From: a virus
IMG/VR virus record: IMGVR_UViG_3300013094_004547
Span: 10,781-74,780 of that record
DNA length: 64,000 nt
Strand: one strand, 5' to 3'
A model generated the notes under the pieces. It was not told where the DNA came from and searched no databases. It worked only from the letters and a program-made list of their open reading frames with translations. Positions 45,961 to 53,516 of this stretch are shown piece after piece (positions within the stretch are counted from its first letter, which is position 1; every line of letters starts with the position of its first letter). The translations under genes and the position numbers were made by a program.

Positions 45961-46848
45961 TCAGTTCTGAGGCTGGGCGATCGCCTGGATCTGCGGCTTG
46001 GCGGCCGTGAAGGCGCGCAGCAGCTGATCGTAGGCGCGCTCGTTGGCGTTCACCCAGGGCAGCGCGGTGACGAACAAGGCGTCGACCGCGATGGTGTCGA
46101 GGGTCTTGGTGCCGAACACGAGGCCGCCTGGCTGGATTCGCGGGTACGTGCCGGCCGGGATCTCGCCGTAGCCGTAGACCGGCTGGCCGCGGGCATCCTT
46201 GGCCGAGCCCACCATCTCGCGGTCGTCGGAGCGGACGAGCACCACGCGGTCCCCTTGAGCCTGGGCGTCGTTCTTGATGAACGACGCGTTGAGCGCGCCG
46301 ACCCACAGGGCGCACTGCACCTGGCTGCCGTCGGCGACGGCCGAGAGCGCCCGCACGCCCGAGCGGGTGTCGACGTTCACCGGCCCGAAGCGCTTCTTGT
46401 CGGCAAGCGCGAACGCGTCCCACGTGGTGCGGCCGCCCGAGCCGTCGGGGCCCACCGCCACCGTGGTGGCCTTGCCGAGGTCCGTGATCCGCGAGACCCC
46501 AGCGGCCCGGTTGCACAGCAGGTGGACCTGCTCCTGGTAGAGCACGCCGGCCCGCTCGATCGTGGAGAGCGCGGCCGCGTTCTTCGAACTGTAGACCAGC
46601 AGCGCGTCGGACTGGACGAAGGCGCCGTCACACTGCCCGGCGGTGATCTTGTCCAGGTTGTCGAGCGAGCCCTGGGTCGGGACCACCTCGAGCTTCAAGC
46701 TTCCGGCCTTGCTCTTCAGGATGTGGCCGGCCCGGAAGTAGTTGCCGGATTCGGAGCCGGTGCAGAGGCGGAAAGCCGGCGGCTCGGCCGCGAGGGCGGC
46801 AGAGGAACCGGCGAGGACGAAGGCGAGGGCAGCGAGCGAAGCGCGCAT
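45961..46848 (-). CDS. TAXI-family TRAP solute-binding protein
   Basis: Signal peptide; TGSESGNYF, TQGSLDNL, AFVQSDA, LYQEQVHL, VAVGPDGSGG, IPAGTYP. Confidence 0.9.
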   Translation of the reverse strand: MRASLAALAFVLAGSSAALAAEPPAFRLCTGSESGNYFRAGHILKSKAGSLKLEVVPTQGSLDNLDKITAGQCDGAFVQSDALLVYSSKNAAALSTIERAGVLYQEQVHLLCNRAAGVSRITDLGKATTVAVGPDGSGGRTTWDAFALADKKRFGPVNVDTRSGVRALSAVADGSQVQCALWVGALNASFIKNDAQAQGDRVVLVRSDDREMVGSAKDARGQPVYGYGEIPAGTYPRIQPGGLVFGTKTLDTIAVDALFVTALPWVNANERAYDQLLRAFTAAKPQIQAIAQPQN

Positions 46849-46857
46849 GGACGTGAC

Positions 46858-47055
46858 TCAGGCTCCGGGTGGTGGGTGGAGGTCGGTGTGCTGGCCGCGC
46901 GACCAGAGGCGCGGGTCCCATTCCCGGGCTCGCGTCTGCAGGCGGCGGGAGCAGGCCAGGATCGGCGTCGCGATCCAGCCGATCGCCAGGAACGGCACGG
47001 CCAAAGCCTGAAGGCACGCGGCGAGCCCGCGTAGGACGAAGGCGGCTGCGATCAT
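46858..47055 (-). CDS. Small hydrophobic protein
   Basis: ATGA-coupled. Confidence 0.5.
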   Translation of the reverse strand: MIAAAFVLRGLAACLQALAVPFLAIGWIATPILACSRRLQTRAREWDPRLWSRGQHTDLHPPPGA

Positions 47056-47480
47056 CGCCCGCCCCAGACTTCAGCGAGCTGCTGCCGGATCGTGGCTGCC
47101 TGACGCTCCAAGCGCGCCTGCCGGCAGACGCGCGCCGCCTCCTGCAGGGAGGCCGGCGACGCGTCCGGATTCACGAACACGAACAGCTCGGGCCCGTAGA
47201 CCTCGATCAGCCGGTGGTACGTGTTGCCCGACGGCGATGACGTACCGGACAGCCACTTCTCGACCGTCTTGGCCGAGATCTGTGTGTCTGCCTCGATGCA
47301 GGCGGCGGTCTTCTGCGGGTGGATCGTCCGCAGGAACTCGGCGATGCGCGCGCCGAAAATCTGGGGTTCGAGTACCCCAAGGTTTCGGAAGACTCCCTCA
47401 GATCTTCGCACGGGATTCCTCGATGCTGTGGGCATCGAGGAGCGGCCAATCGGGCCGGTCGGAAAAAGCGAGGCGGTCAT
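47052..47480 (-). CDS. HTH protein in CII-like position
   Basis: FLR..HP.KTA..I..TV.KWL..S.P..LI..YGPEL. Confidence 0.7.
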   Translation of the reverse strand: MTASLFPTGPIGRSSMPTASRNPVRRSEGVFRNLGVLEPQIFGARIAEFLRTIHPQKTAACIEADTQISAKTVEKWLSGTSSPSGNTYHRLIEVYGPELFVFVNPDASPASLQEAARVCRQARLERQAATIRQQLAEVWGGR

Positions 47481-47791
47481 TGATCGTCCCTCGCGAGGAG
47501 GTCGACGGAACGATGATCGAGGTCACGCGCCAGCGCTTGGAGGCTGATGGGCGCGTGAGACACGGCAGGGGCGGTCCGCGTGATGCGGGCCGCCTCGACG
47601 TTTGGGAGCTGGGCTGCGGATGCCCAGTGCAGCAGGAAGAAGCCGGTCCCCGCCACCAGCAGCCATGCGGCTATGCGGGCGCACGGCTGGCCGACAGCGC
47701 GATCCGCACGGTTGATATGGCCAAGCTGCGCGAACAGCGCGGCCCAGACGGCAGCCTCGACGCACAGGATCGGCGAGAGCCAACCGGGCAT
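47477..47791 (-). CDS. Two-TM membrane protein
   Basis: GGGAGG SD 6 nt before the ATG; two hydrophobic segments. Confidence 0.6.
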   Translation of the reverse strand: MPGWLSPILCVEAAVWAALFAQLGHINRADRAVGQPCARIAAWLLVAGTGFFLLHWASAAQLPNVEAARITRTAPAVSHAPISLQALARDLDHRSVDLLARDDQ

Positions 47792-47808
47792 CAGGCGCCT
47801 CCCGCGGT

Positions 47809-47881
47809 TGGCACCGCTGGGAGGAGACGAGCCCCCGGAGCTTGGTTTTGGAGACCGGCCCGCGCCCACACGCTCAGCAAT
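47809..47881 (-). ncRNA. tRNA-Trp-like element (73 nt, CCA anticodon, encoded 3' CCA; degenerate)
   Basis: Acceptor ATTGCTG/CAGCGGT plus G-CCA; GGT-CTCCAAA-ACC anticodon arm; GGGGG-CTCGTCT-CCTCC T-arm; shortened D-arm. Confidence 0.65.
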
Positions 47882-48163
47882 TGGGTGCTGTCTCTCCAGC
47901 TGTCACCGCTCATAGGTTGCTTCGGCTGCGGTTCCCGGCAGTGGGCCGTACTCCCACTCTCAGACGCCCCATCGGGCGAATTACTGCCCGGCACGAAGCC
48001 GGGACCGGAGGCCGAGGTCAGGCCGTCGCCATCACCCGTCGCTTCCGGCACGACCTTCTCAACGGACTGGCTCGGAAGGGCCGTCGCCCAGTCCCCACCG
48101 TCGCCCTGGTCGCCTCGGGCCGCTCTTGCCGCGCCATCGCGCGTATCTGGTTCTTCGTCCTCC

Positions 48164-48227
48164 AAAGGCGGCCGGAGCCCGAAGGCCCCGGCCAAGTCCA
48201 GGGAGGAAACGCCCACCATGGGGCATC
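48164..48227 (-). ncRNA. MmgR/suhB (alpha-r8)-like small RNA
   Basis: GATGCCC..GGGCGTT stem, TTTCCTCCCT-GGACTTGG core, C-UUCG-G capped hairpin. Confidence 0.7.
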
Positions 48228-48369
48228 TCCGGTCGGCGGACGCCATACCGACGGCCGGAGCTGGGGCGACGCGCTTGCCGGAGGCTCGCGATGCGTCGAA
48301 GCTGTGAGGATGGAGAGTCGGGTTGGGGCCCGACTCTCCTCGCGACCACCCATGCAGTTGGAGGCGACC

Positions 48370-48615
48370 ATGAGCGACCGCGATCTGCGGGCGAGGATCG
48401 ACGACTTGGAGGCCGAGATGATCGCACAGCGGTTCGCCGTGCACGCGATCATCGACAGCCTCAGGGCCATGCCGGACGATCAGCAGTTCAAGGACATCCA
48501 CTACCACGCGATGGGCAATCTGGCCGTCTCGCTGGCAGACAAGCCGATCTGGCCGGCGGCCAAGAAGGCCTTGGAGCTGATCTTCAGAGAAGCGATCCCC
48601 GACGAAAACCATTAG
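48370..48615 (+). CDS. Small antisense accessory protein
   Basis: GGAGG RBS; GC3 bias. Confidence 0.7.
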   Translation: MSDRDLRARIDDLEAEMIAQRFAVHAIIDSLRAMPDDQQFKDIHYHAMGNLAVSLADKPIWPAAKKALELIFREAIPDENH

Positions 48616-48917
48616 GCCGCCCCCGCCTTTGCTTCGGCCAAGAGCTGGCAGAGGCGGTTATTCAGCGCCTGTGCCTCGTCGAGTGTGAGGGAGAGGCGGC
48701 GCCACGAGTTCTCCACGGGAGCGTGGCCCGTGCGGAAGGCCGTCAGCTCGTGCTCCATCACCGTGATGCGACGGGCATAGGGGTCGTAGGTCGCCTCGAT
48801 CCACGACTCGCAATCGGTCACGCTGGTGGTGCGGAAGCGTCGGCGAAAGCCGGTGGCCGTGGCCTCGTGGTCAAGGCATTCGACGCGCTCGTCGCGGATG
48901 AGGTCGGAGCCGGACAT
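48612..48917 (-). CDS. Hypothetical early protein
   Basis: TGATG-coupled to cro. Confidence 0.65.
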   Translation of the reverse strand: MSGSDLIRDERVECLDHEATATGFRRRFRTTSVTDCESWIEATYDPYARRITVMEHELTAFRTGHAPVENSWRRLSLTLDEAQALNNRLCQLLAEAKAGAA

Positions 48918-49135
48918 CAGGCAGCAGCCCCCTCGGTGGGGGCGGCGTCGCGAACCCAGTCACGAAGGCCAACCGAGCCCTGGGTGACTTCTTCGATGCG
49001 GATGGCGACTTCGATCGAGGGGCCACGCTCTCCGTACTTCAGCTTCCGAATGCCATGCGCAGTGATCCTGCCGACGCGCTTCGCCATGGCGAAGTCGTCG
49101 AGGTTCTCGGAGCGCATGTAGTCGATGAGCCTCAT
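48917..49135 (-). CDS. cro: Cro-like HTH regulator
   Basis: MRLIDYM, GERGPS..A.RIEEVT.G.V..DW; divergent from cI. Confidence 0.85.
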   Translation of the reverse strand: MRLIDYMRSENLDDFAMAKRVGRITAHGIRKLKYGERGPSIEVAIRIEEVTQGSVGLRDWVRDAAPTEGAAA

Positions 49136-49143
49136 ACCCCACA

Positions 49144-49230
49144 GAATTGCCCTCAAAGGGAAAGAACGTCAACCCCTACAAGGGGAAGGACGCGCGGCGC
49201 TTAGATGCTCCATCAATCCCCTTATGGGGA
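49144..49230. promoter_or_regulatory. OR region: three CCC(C)T-N3-(A/G)GGG operators plus pR
   Basis: CCCTCAAAGGG 49150-60, CCCCTACAAGGGG 49173-85, TCCCCTTATGGGGA 49217-30; TTGACG -35 on minus at 49167-72. Confidence 0.8.
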
Positions 49231-49922
49231 ACAGCTTACGAGCGCTGCGAACAAAGCGAGGCTGGACGCACGATCAGGCGGCGTCCGAGATGGGTGTTTC
49301 GCGCGGCCAGTTCATTAAGCTTGAGCGCGGGGAGCGGGGGCTGACCGAGCGAACAATTGCGCTCGCGGCCAAGGCGTTTGGCGTGCCTAGGGCCGAAGTC
49401 ATCGAAGACGGCATAGCAGGGGACGTTCGGACGGTAACGCCTGCGGCGCCGCCGACATCCAACGTGCGTATATCGGACAGCGATGTTGGCTTGAGTCTCG
49501 CCAAACTAAAGGGGCCACGCGACGTACCGGTCCTCGGTACCGGTGTCTGCGGGGATGATGGCGACTTCCGCTTCAACGGCGAGACGATCGATTACGCGCC
49601 GCGGCCGCCCGGCATCGAGGGCAAGAAGGATGTGTTCGTCGTTTACGTCGTCGGCGACAGCATGGCCGAGCGCTACGAGGACGGCGATCCGCTCTACGTC
49701 GACCCTCACCGCCGCCCGAAGCCGCGGGACATCGTCATCGTCGAGCTGAAGGCGCCGAGCGATGGCGAGCCAGGCAGCGCATTCGTGAAGCGTCTCGTGC
49801 GCCGGGCCGGCGGCAAGATCGTCGTTGAGCAGTTCAACCCGCCCAAGGAGCTCGTCTTCGATGAGGATGAGGTGGCGCGGCTGCACCGTGTCATACCATG
49901 GATCGAGCTGATCGGGATGTGA
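49224..49922 (+). CDS. cI: CI-like repressor (XRE HTH plus S24 autoprotease)
   Basis: LRALR..RGWT..KLERGER.L; VCG cleavage site; VGDSM; FVKRL. Confidence 0.93.
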   Translation: MGNSLRALRTKRGWTHDQAASEMGVSRGQFIKLERGERGLTERTIALAAKAFGVPRAEVIEDGIAGDVRTVTPAAPPTSNVRISDSDVGLSLAKLKGPRDVPVLGTGVCGDDGDFRFNGETIDYAPRPPGIEGKKDVFVVYVVGDSMAERYEDGDPLYVDPHRRPKPRDIVIVELKAPSDGEPGSAFVKRLVRRAGGKIVVEQFNPPKELVFDEDEVARLHRVIPWIELIGM

Positions 49923-50455
49923 TGGTCATGCCCCAGTCCTTGGTCGTCGCCGCCTCTGCTGCTGTTCTCATCTGTGCCGTTTGTGGGACCGCGGACGCTA
50001 AGGACGGGCACGGCCTGAACCTCGACAAGCCGGGCCTGATAGATGCCGTCGCCAGTGCTCTCTACCCATACCAGGCACAGGAGAGCTTCACGCGAGTCGA
50101 CGACGAAACTGTCCTCGTTGAGATAATGAGCGGCTTCATTTTGCAACTGCAGAAACTGCCGAGCCGCGATTGTGCGTTCCAGTCTCGTAAGTTGAATGAG
50201 AGCAATCCAGTCATCCAGCAATACAATTTCGACCAGCTGACCGGGGCGTATCGCACCACGAGCGCTGGTGGAACCACCAACATCTTGTTCGAGGGCGAAG
50301 GTGCCTGGTGCGACAAGGGCAAGAATGGCCCGCAGTGCTGGAACTCGATCCACGTCCCCGTCTACGGCCTGAATGATAGCCGCAAGGTCATGCGGGCCAT
50401 GGCCTTCATCCAACAGAACTTCTGTCCTCAGGCGAAACCGGGGAGGCCGTTCTAA
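49922..50455 (+). CDS. Exported Cys-containing protein co-transcribed with cI
   Basis: TGATG coupling; signal peptide; lower GC. Confidence 0.75.
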   Translation: MVMPQSLVVAASAAVLICAVCGTADAKDGHGLNLDKPGLIDAVASALYPYQAQESFTRVDDETVLVEIMSGFILQLQKLPSRDCAFQSRKLNESNPVIQQYNFDQLTGAYRTTSAGGTTNILFEGEGAWCDKGKNGPQCWNSIHVPVYGLNDSRKVMRAMAFIQQNFCPQAKPGRPF

Positions 50456-50715
50456 TGACCGAGCTCCAGCCCTTCCGCCCCGACAAGGCCGCCGACCTCC
50501 AGCTCGGCGAACTCCACACAGATTTCATCCTGCCGATCTGCCTGCCGGATCCCGAGCTGCAGGTCGGGGATGCCCTGGCCGTCCTGGTGGTGACCACCGT
50601 GGAAGGGCACCGGGTGGGGTTGCCGATCGGGGTGAATGCGCTGGAGCACCTGCGGGTGGTCGTGGAGGCGGGACTTCTGTTGCGGCAGGCGCCGGAAGAG
50701 GGTGTGGCCCAGTGA
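50455..50715 (+). CDS. Hypothetical protein
   Basis: TAATG coupling. Confidence 0.6.
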   Translation: MTELQPFRPDKAADLQLGELHTDFILPICLPDPELQVGDALAVLVVTTVEGHRVGLPIGVNALEHLRVVVEAGLLLRQAPEEGVAQ

Positions 50716-50733
50716 AACCCAAGCGTTCACGCC

Positions 50734-51597
50734 ATGGCCACGCCCATGCTTGAGAGGCTTCGGAACTCTTACAAGCGCACCAAGGATGCAAACAGCCATT
50801 ACTCGGTTCTCAACAACGCGTATCAGGTGTTAGTATGGGGTTTAAGCCTTGCTGGCGTTTCAGGATCCCTTGCAGGTTTTGTGTTTTCTCACATCAGTAA
50901 TTTCTGGAGCGAGTACGGCTTGGCGGGCTCAATCGCCGTCGGGCTTGTCTTTTTCTTCGCAGCAGGACTGATTGGGTCGTTTCTAGCCCTTGTCGCAGCC
51001 ATCGGCGAGGCTCGGAGCTCAAGCCACCAAGACACGCAACGTAGATCCGAAGTCACGCAGGTGCCTCTGGTAAGCTCGCCGGCGCGCGCTCCGAGATTTA
51101 CAGACACCATGATGATAGCTGCTGGAATTGGCGCCGATGCTCCCGAGTTCAGAGCATCTTTCGGCAGGAATGGTAGAAATTCTACTATTTATCTACGATA
51201 TAGTTACTTCATAAGCGGATTTGGAGGGGCGGAATGGTCAGCTCCTGCAACTCTGACACTCTCGACCATTGATAGGTACATAAAAGGCGAGATCATAAGC
51301 GTGCCAATCGCTGCCTCAGTTGAAACTCCGGAGGGCCTTAGGTGGTTTTTTGGTACTGACCCTGAGCTCCAGAACGGCTTCCCGCGACGCATGATTGGCC
51401 CGAATATGTACTATCGAGGCTGCGTTATGATCGTCTCGGCCGACGACCAAACTGAGCAGTGTTTTTTCATTGGCGAAAGTACTTCGATGGACGTGAAACC
51501 GAAGATAATTGGCGAACATATGTGGGAATTTGCTCGCGATCACAGTAGAGATGATACCGAGAACGGTAGCGTCGAAGCATTGTTTGTTGATCGCTAA
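50734..51597 (+). CDS. AT-rich two-TM membrane protein (exclusion or defence candidate)
   Basis: Two N-terminal TMs, beta-rich C-terminal domain, low GC. Confidence 0.72.
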   Translation: MATPMLERLRNSYKRTKDANSHYSVLNNAYQVLVWGLSLAGVSGSLAGFVFSHISNFWSEYGLAGSIAVGLVFFFAAGLIGSFLALVAAIGEARSSSHQDTQRRSEVTQVPLVSSPARAPRFTDTMMIAAGIGADAPEFRASFGRNGRNSTIYLRYSYFISGFGGAEWSAPATLTLSTIDRYIKGEIISVPIAASVETPEGLRWFFGTDPELQNGFPRRMIGPNMYYRGCVMIVSADDQTEQCFFIGESTSMDVKPKIIGEHMWEFARDHSRDDTENGSVEALFVDR

Positions 51598-51603
51598 CGC
51601 TTA

Positions 51604-51990
51604 CCTCAGAACGGCAGCTGATCCGCCAGCCCCGGCGGCACCTCTCCGAAGATCGCCGACGCCATGGCGCGTCCATTGCCTCTATTGTGGCCTCCCGCGG
51701 CAAATCCGTTAGCCGGCTCACGTGATCAAGCCGAAGCTCAGAGCCTTCCTCGTGGCCGTCACCCAGCGGCGCGAAGCCGCGCGTGTCTATGCTGTGTTGG
51801 CGGCGACGCCGGACGAGGCGCTGGGGGCAGTTGCGCTGGTGGCGGTACCGCGGGCGACGCTGGAGATCGTCGGCGGCCTGTCACGTGACACCGCGCGGCG
51901 CCTCCACCTGAAGCCAGGCGAACTGCGCATCGTGTAATAGCCTCAGAACGGCAACTGATCCGCCAGGCCCGGCGGCACCTTCCCGAAGAT
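51604..51990. repeat. 50-bp imperfect direct repeat (51604-51653 and 51941-51990)
   Basis: About 46/50 identical; both copies encode IFGxVPPGLADQLPF* on minus. Confidence 0.85.
51722..51937 (+). CDS. Hypothetical protein
   Basis: VYAVLA..EAL..V, IVGGLS..L.LKPGE. Confidence 0.65.
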   Translation: MIKPKLRAFLVAVTQRREAARVYAVLAATPDEALGAVALVAVPRATLEIVGGLSRDTARRLHLKPGELRIV

Positions 51991-52209
51991 GGCCAGCGTG
52001 ATCGGCTCTCCACCGTCGTCGTAATCCGGGTCCACGACCGTGCGGGTGAAGGCGGCCGCGCCGATGGCTCGGCCGAGGCGGACCTTCTCTTCGGCAATCC
52101 TGCAGGCCTCCGCGGCCCCTTTGCAGTACAGGAAGCTGCCTTGCGCCAGCCGGCCTTTCACCAAGACGAACAGCTGGACACTATGGGCTACGATCGGCTG
52201 TAGGGACAT
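51943..52209 (-). CDS. SOS-operon protein ending in DQLPF
   Basis: AGGAGG RBS; GAAAF.R..DPD..G..I..FG.VP. Confidence 0.75.
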   Translation of the reverse strand: MSLQPIVAHSVQLFVLVKGRLAQGSFLYCKGAAEACRIAEEKVRLGRAIGAAAFTRTVVDPDYDDGGEPITLAIFGKVPPGLADQLPF

Positions 52210-52231
52210 CGAACCGCCTCCTGTCGCTGAA

Positions 52232-52471
52232 TTAGATTTGGCCTCGTTCAACTAGACGCAGCGTAACGTTGCGACCCCCGCCGCCTTGTGCCTCACAGAC
52301 ATGGCATCGAAATCGACTGCCGAGCGCCTGTACGGTGCGAAATCCCTGCCGCTCCGCGGCTCTTACTTTGAAACTTGGCCAGTATGACTTACGGCCGCAA
52401 TCCTCACAGTGGATGTAGATCCCAATCACGTCCGCAAGCTCGGACGTGAAGTCTCGCGGCAGGGCTCCCAT
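52232..52471 (-). CDS. Small zinc-ribbon protein, LexA-controlled
   Basis: CEDC and CHVC; LexA box upstream. Confidence 0.75.
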   Translation of the reverse strand: MGALPRDFTSELADVIGIYIHCEDCGRKSYWPSFKVRAAERQGFRTVQALGSRFRCHVCEAQGGGGRNVTLRLVERGQI

Positions 52472-52486
52472 CCGGGCCTCATATTT

Positions 52487-52501
52487 GTTCCTGTTGTGTT
52501 C
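52487..52501 (-). promoter_or_regulatory. Alphaproteobacterial LexA (SOS) box
   Basis: Exact GAAC-N7-GAAC on minus, 15 nt upstream of ATG 52471. Confidence 0.8.
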
Positions 52502-52598
52502 TCATGCTGCGACCAGAACGCGACGCGAGTCGAGCCGGTTTCCTCGGCATCTGTGGACAAATGTGGATAAGCGCTACGCTACTTGGGGAAGTGCATTA

Positions 52599-52640
52599 CC
52601 CTAATAGGGGTTGACATAAGTGCCCCTCAGAGGGGAATAT
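52599..52640 (+). promoter_or_regulatory. pL promoter with two OL operators
   Basis: TTGACA 52611-16, GAATAT 52635-40; CCCTAATAGGG 52599-609 and CCCCTCAGAGGGG 52623-35. Confidence 0.82.
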
Positions 52641-52824
52641 CAGCTCTACGCTTCTCGCGATGGAGCTGCCCCGGTGCTCACAGCCTATCTCGTCCACCTC
52701 CAGCACGCTCCGGCGGCCATCCAGGTCGCCAGCTGCCTGCTCGGCTCCCTCAGCATATTCGCCGCGTGCTTCGCCCCGTGCATGATCGCCGATCACGTCT
52801 CCGCCTACCGCGCGAGCCGCTGAC

Positions 52825-53103
52825 ATGGCCGCCCTGCTTCCCCGCGGCACTCGTATCGGCCACCCTCGTGCTGACGGCTCCCTAATCCCCGGCACCATCC
52901 TCGGTCCCGCCTTCGGCAAGGGCTTCTATCGCGCCGAGCTGAGGGGCGAGGGCGGTCCTCGGATCGTCTGCCTCCACGTCGACGAGGTCGTGGTCGAGCC
53001 GGTCTTCGCGAACCTGCGCACTGCGGCGGTGGCCCTGCGCGATCTCGACCGGCGTGCCGCCCCGGCGGTTCAGCCGCGCCGCATGGGCGTGAGGGCGTTC
53101 TGA
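52825..53103 (+). CDS. Hypothetical early protein
   Basis: GC3 bias; coupled to the HNH gene. Confidence 0.65.
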   Translation: MAALLPRGTRIGHPRADGSLIPGTILGPAFGKGFYRAELRGEGGPRIVCLHVDEVVVEPVFANLRTAAVALRDLDRRAAPAVQPRRMGVRAF

Positions 53104-53516
53104 TGCGCGCCCTCCGGATGAACTTCCCCAGTCGGATCCGCGAGGCTGCGCTCGATCGGGCCGAAGGCCGCTGCGAGCACGTCGACCCCGAGGGCAACCG
53201 CTGCCCCTGCGCACTCCATCCGGGGCATTACGAGTTCGCCCACATCGTCGCCGACCGCATGGGCGGACGCCCGACGCTGGACAACTGCGCCGTCTGGTGC
53301 ACGCCCTGCCACCGTGCGGCATACGCCGCCGACGCGGCCAAGATCGCAAAGCAGCGCCGCGTCGAGAAGCGCGAGCGCGGCTCCAAGGCGCCGTCCCGCC
53401 CGATGCCGGGCTCGACCTTCTTCCGGACCTCACGCGGCATGGATGGGCAGGTGCGTGATCGCGCCACCGGCGCCGTCCTGCCCCGCCGCGGCTCGATCGA
53501 CGTGAGGGACCTGTGA
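53103..53516 (+). CDS. HNH-family protein
   Basis: RAEGRCE, EFAHI, GG.PTLDNC..C.PCH. Confidence 0.82.
   Translation: MRALRMNFPSRIREAALDRAEGRCEHVDPEGNRCPCALHPGHYEFAHIVADRMGGRPTLDNCAVWCTPCHRAAYAADAAKIAKQRRVEKRERGSKAPSRPMPGSTFFRTSRGMDGQVRDRATGAVLPRRGSIDVRDL

Noticed and set aside
47809-47881. Functional tRNA-Trp
   Set aside because: Truncated D-arm, T-loop lacks TTCGA, top of anticodon stem mismatched; reported as a mimic instead.
47791-48612. 273-aa minus-strand ORF across the RNA cassette
   Set aside because: Low complexity, weak codon bias, and overlaps a better plus-strand gene and RNA motifs. Not fully excluded, because its stop overlaps the next ATG.
52620-52823. 67-aa ORF at the start of pL
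   Set aside because: Its start overlaps the promoter and operator; a shorter peptide is possible but unsupported.
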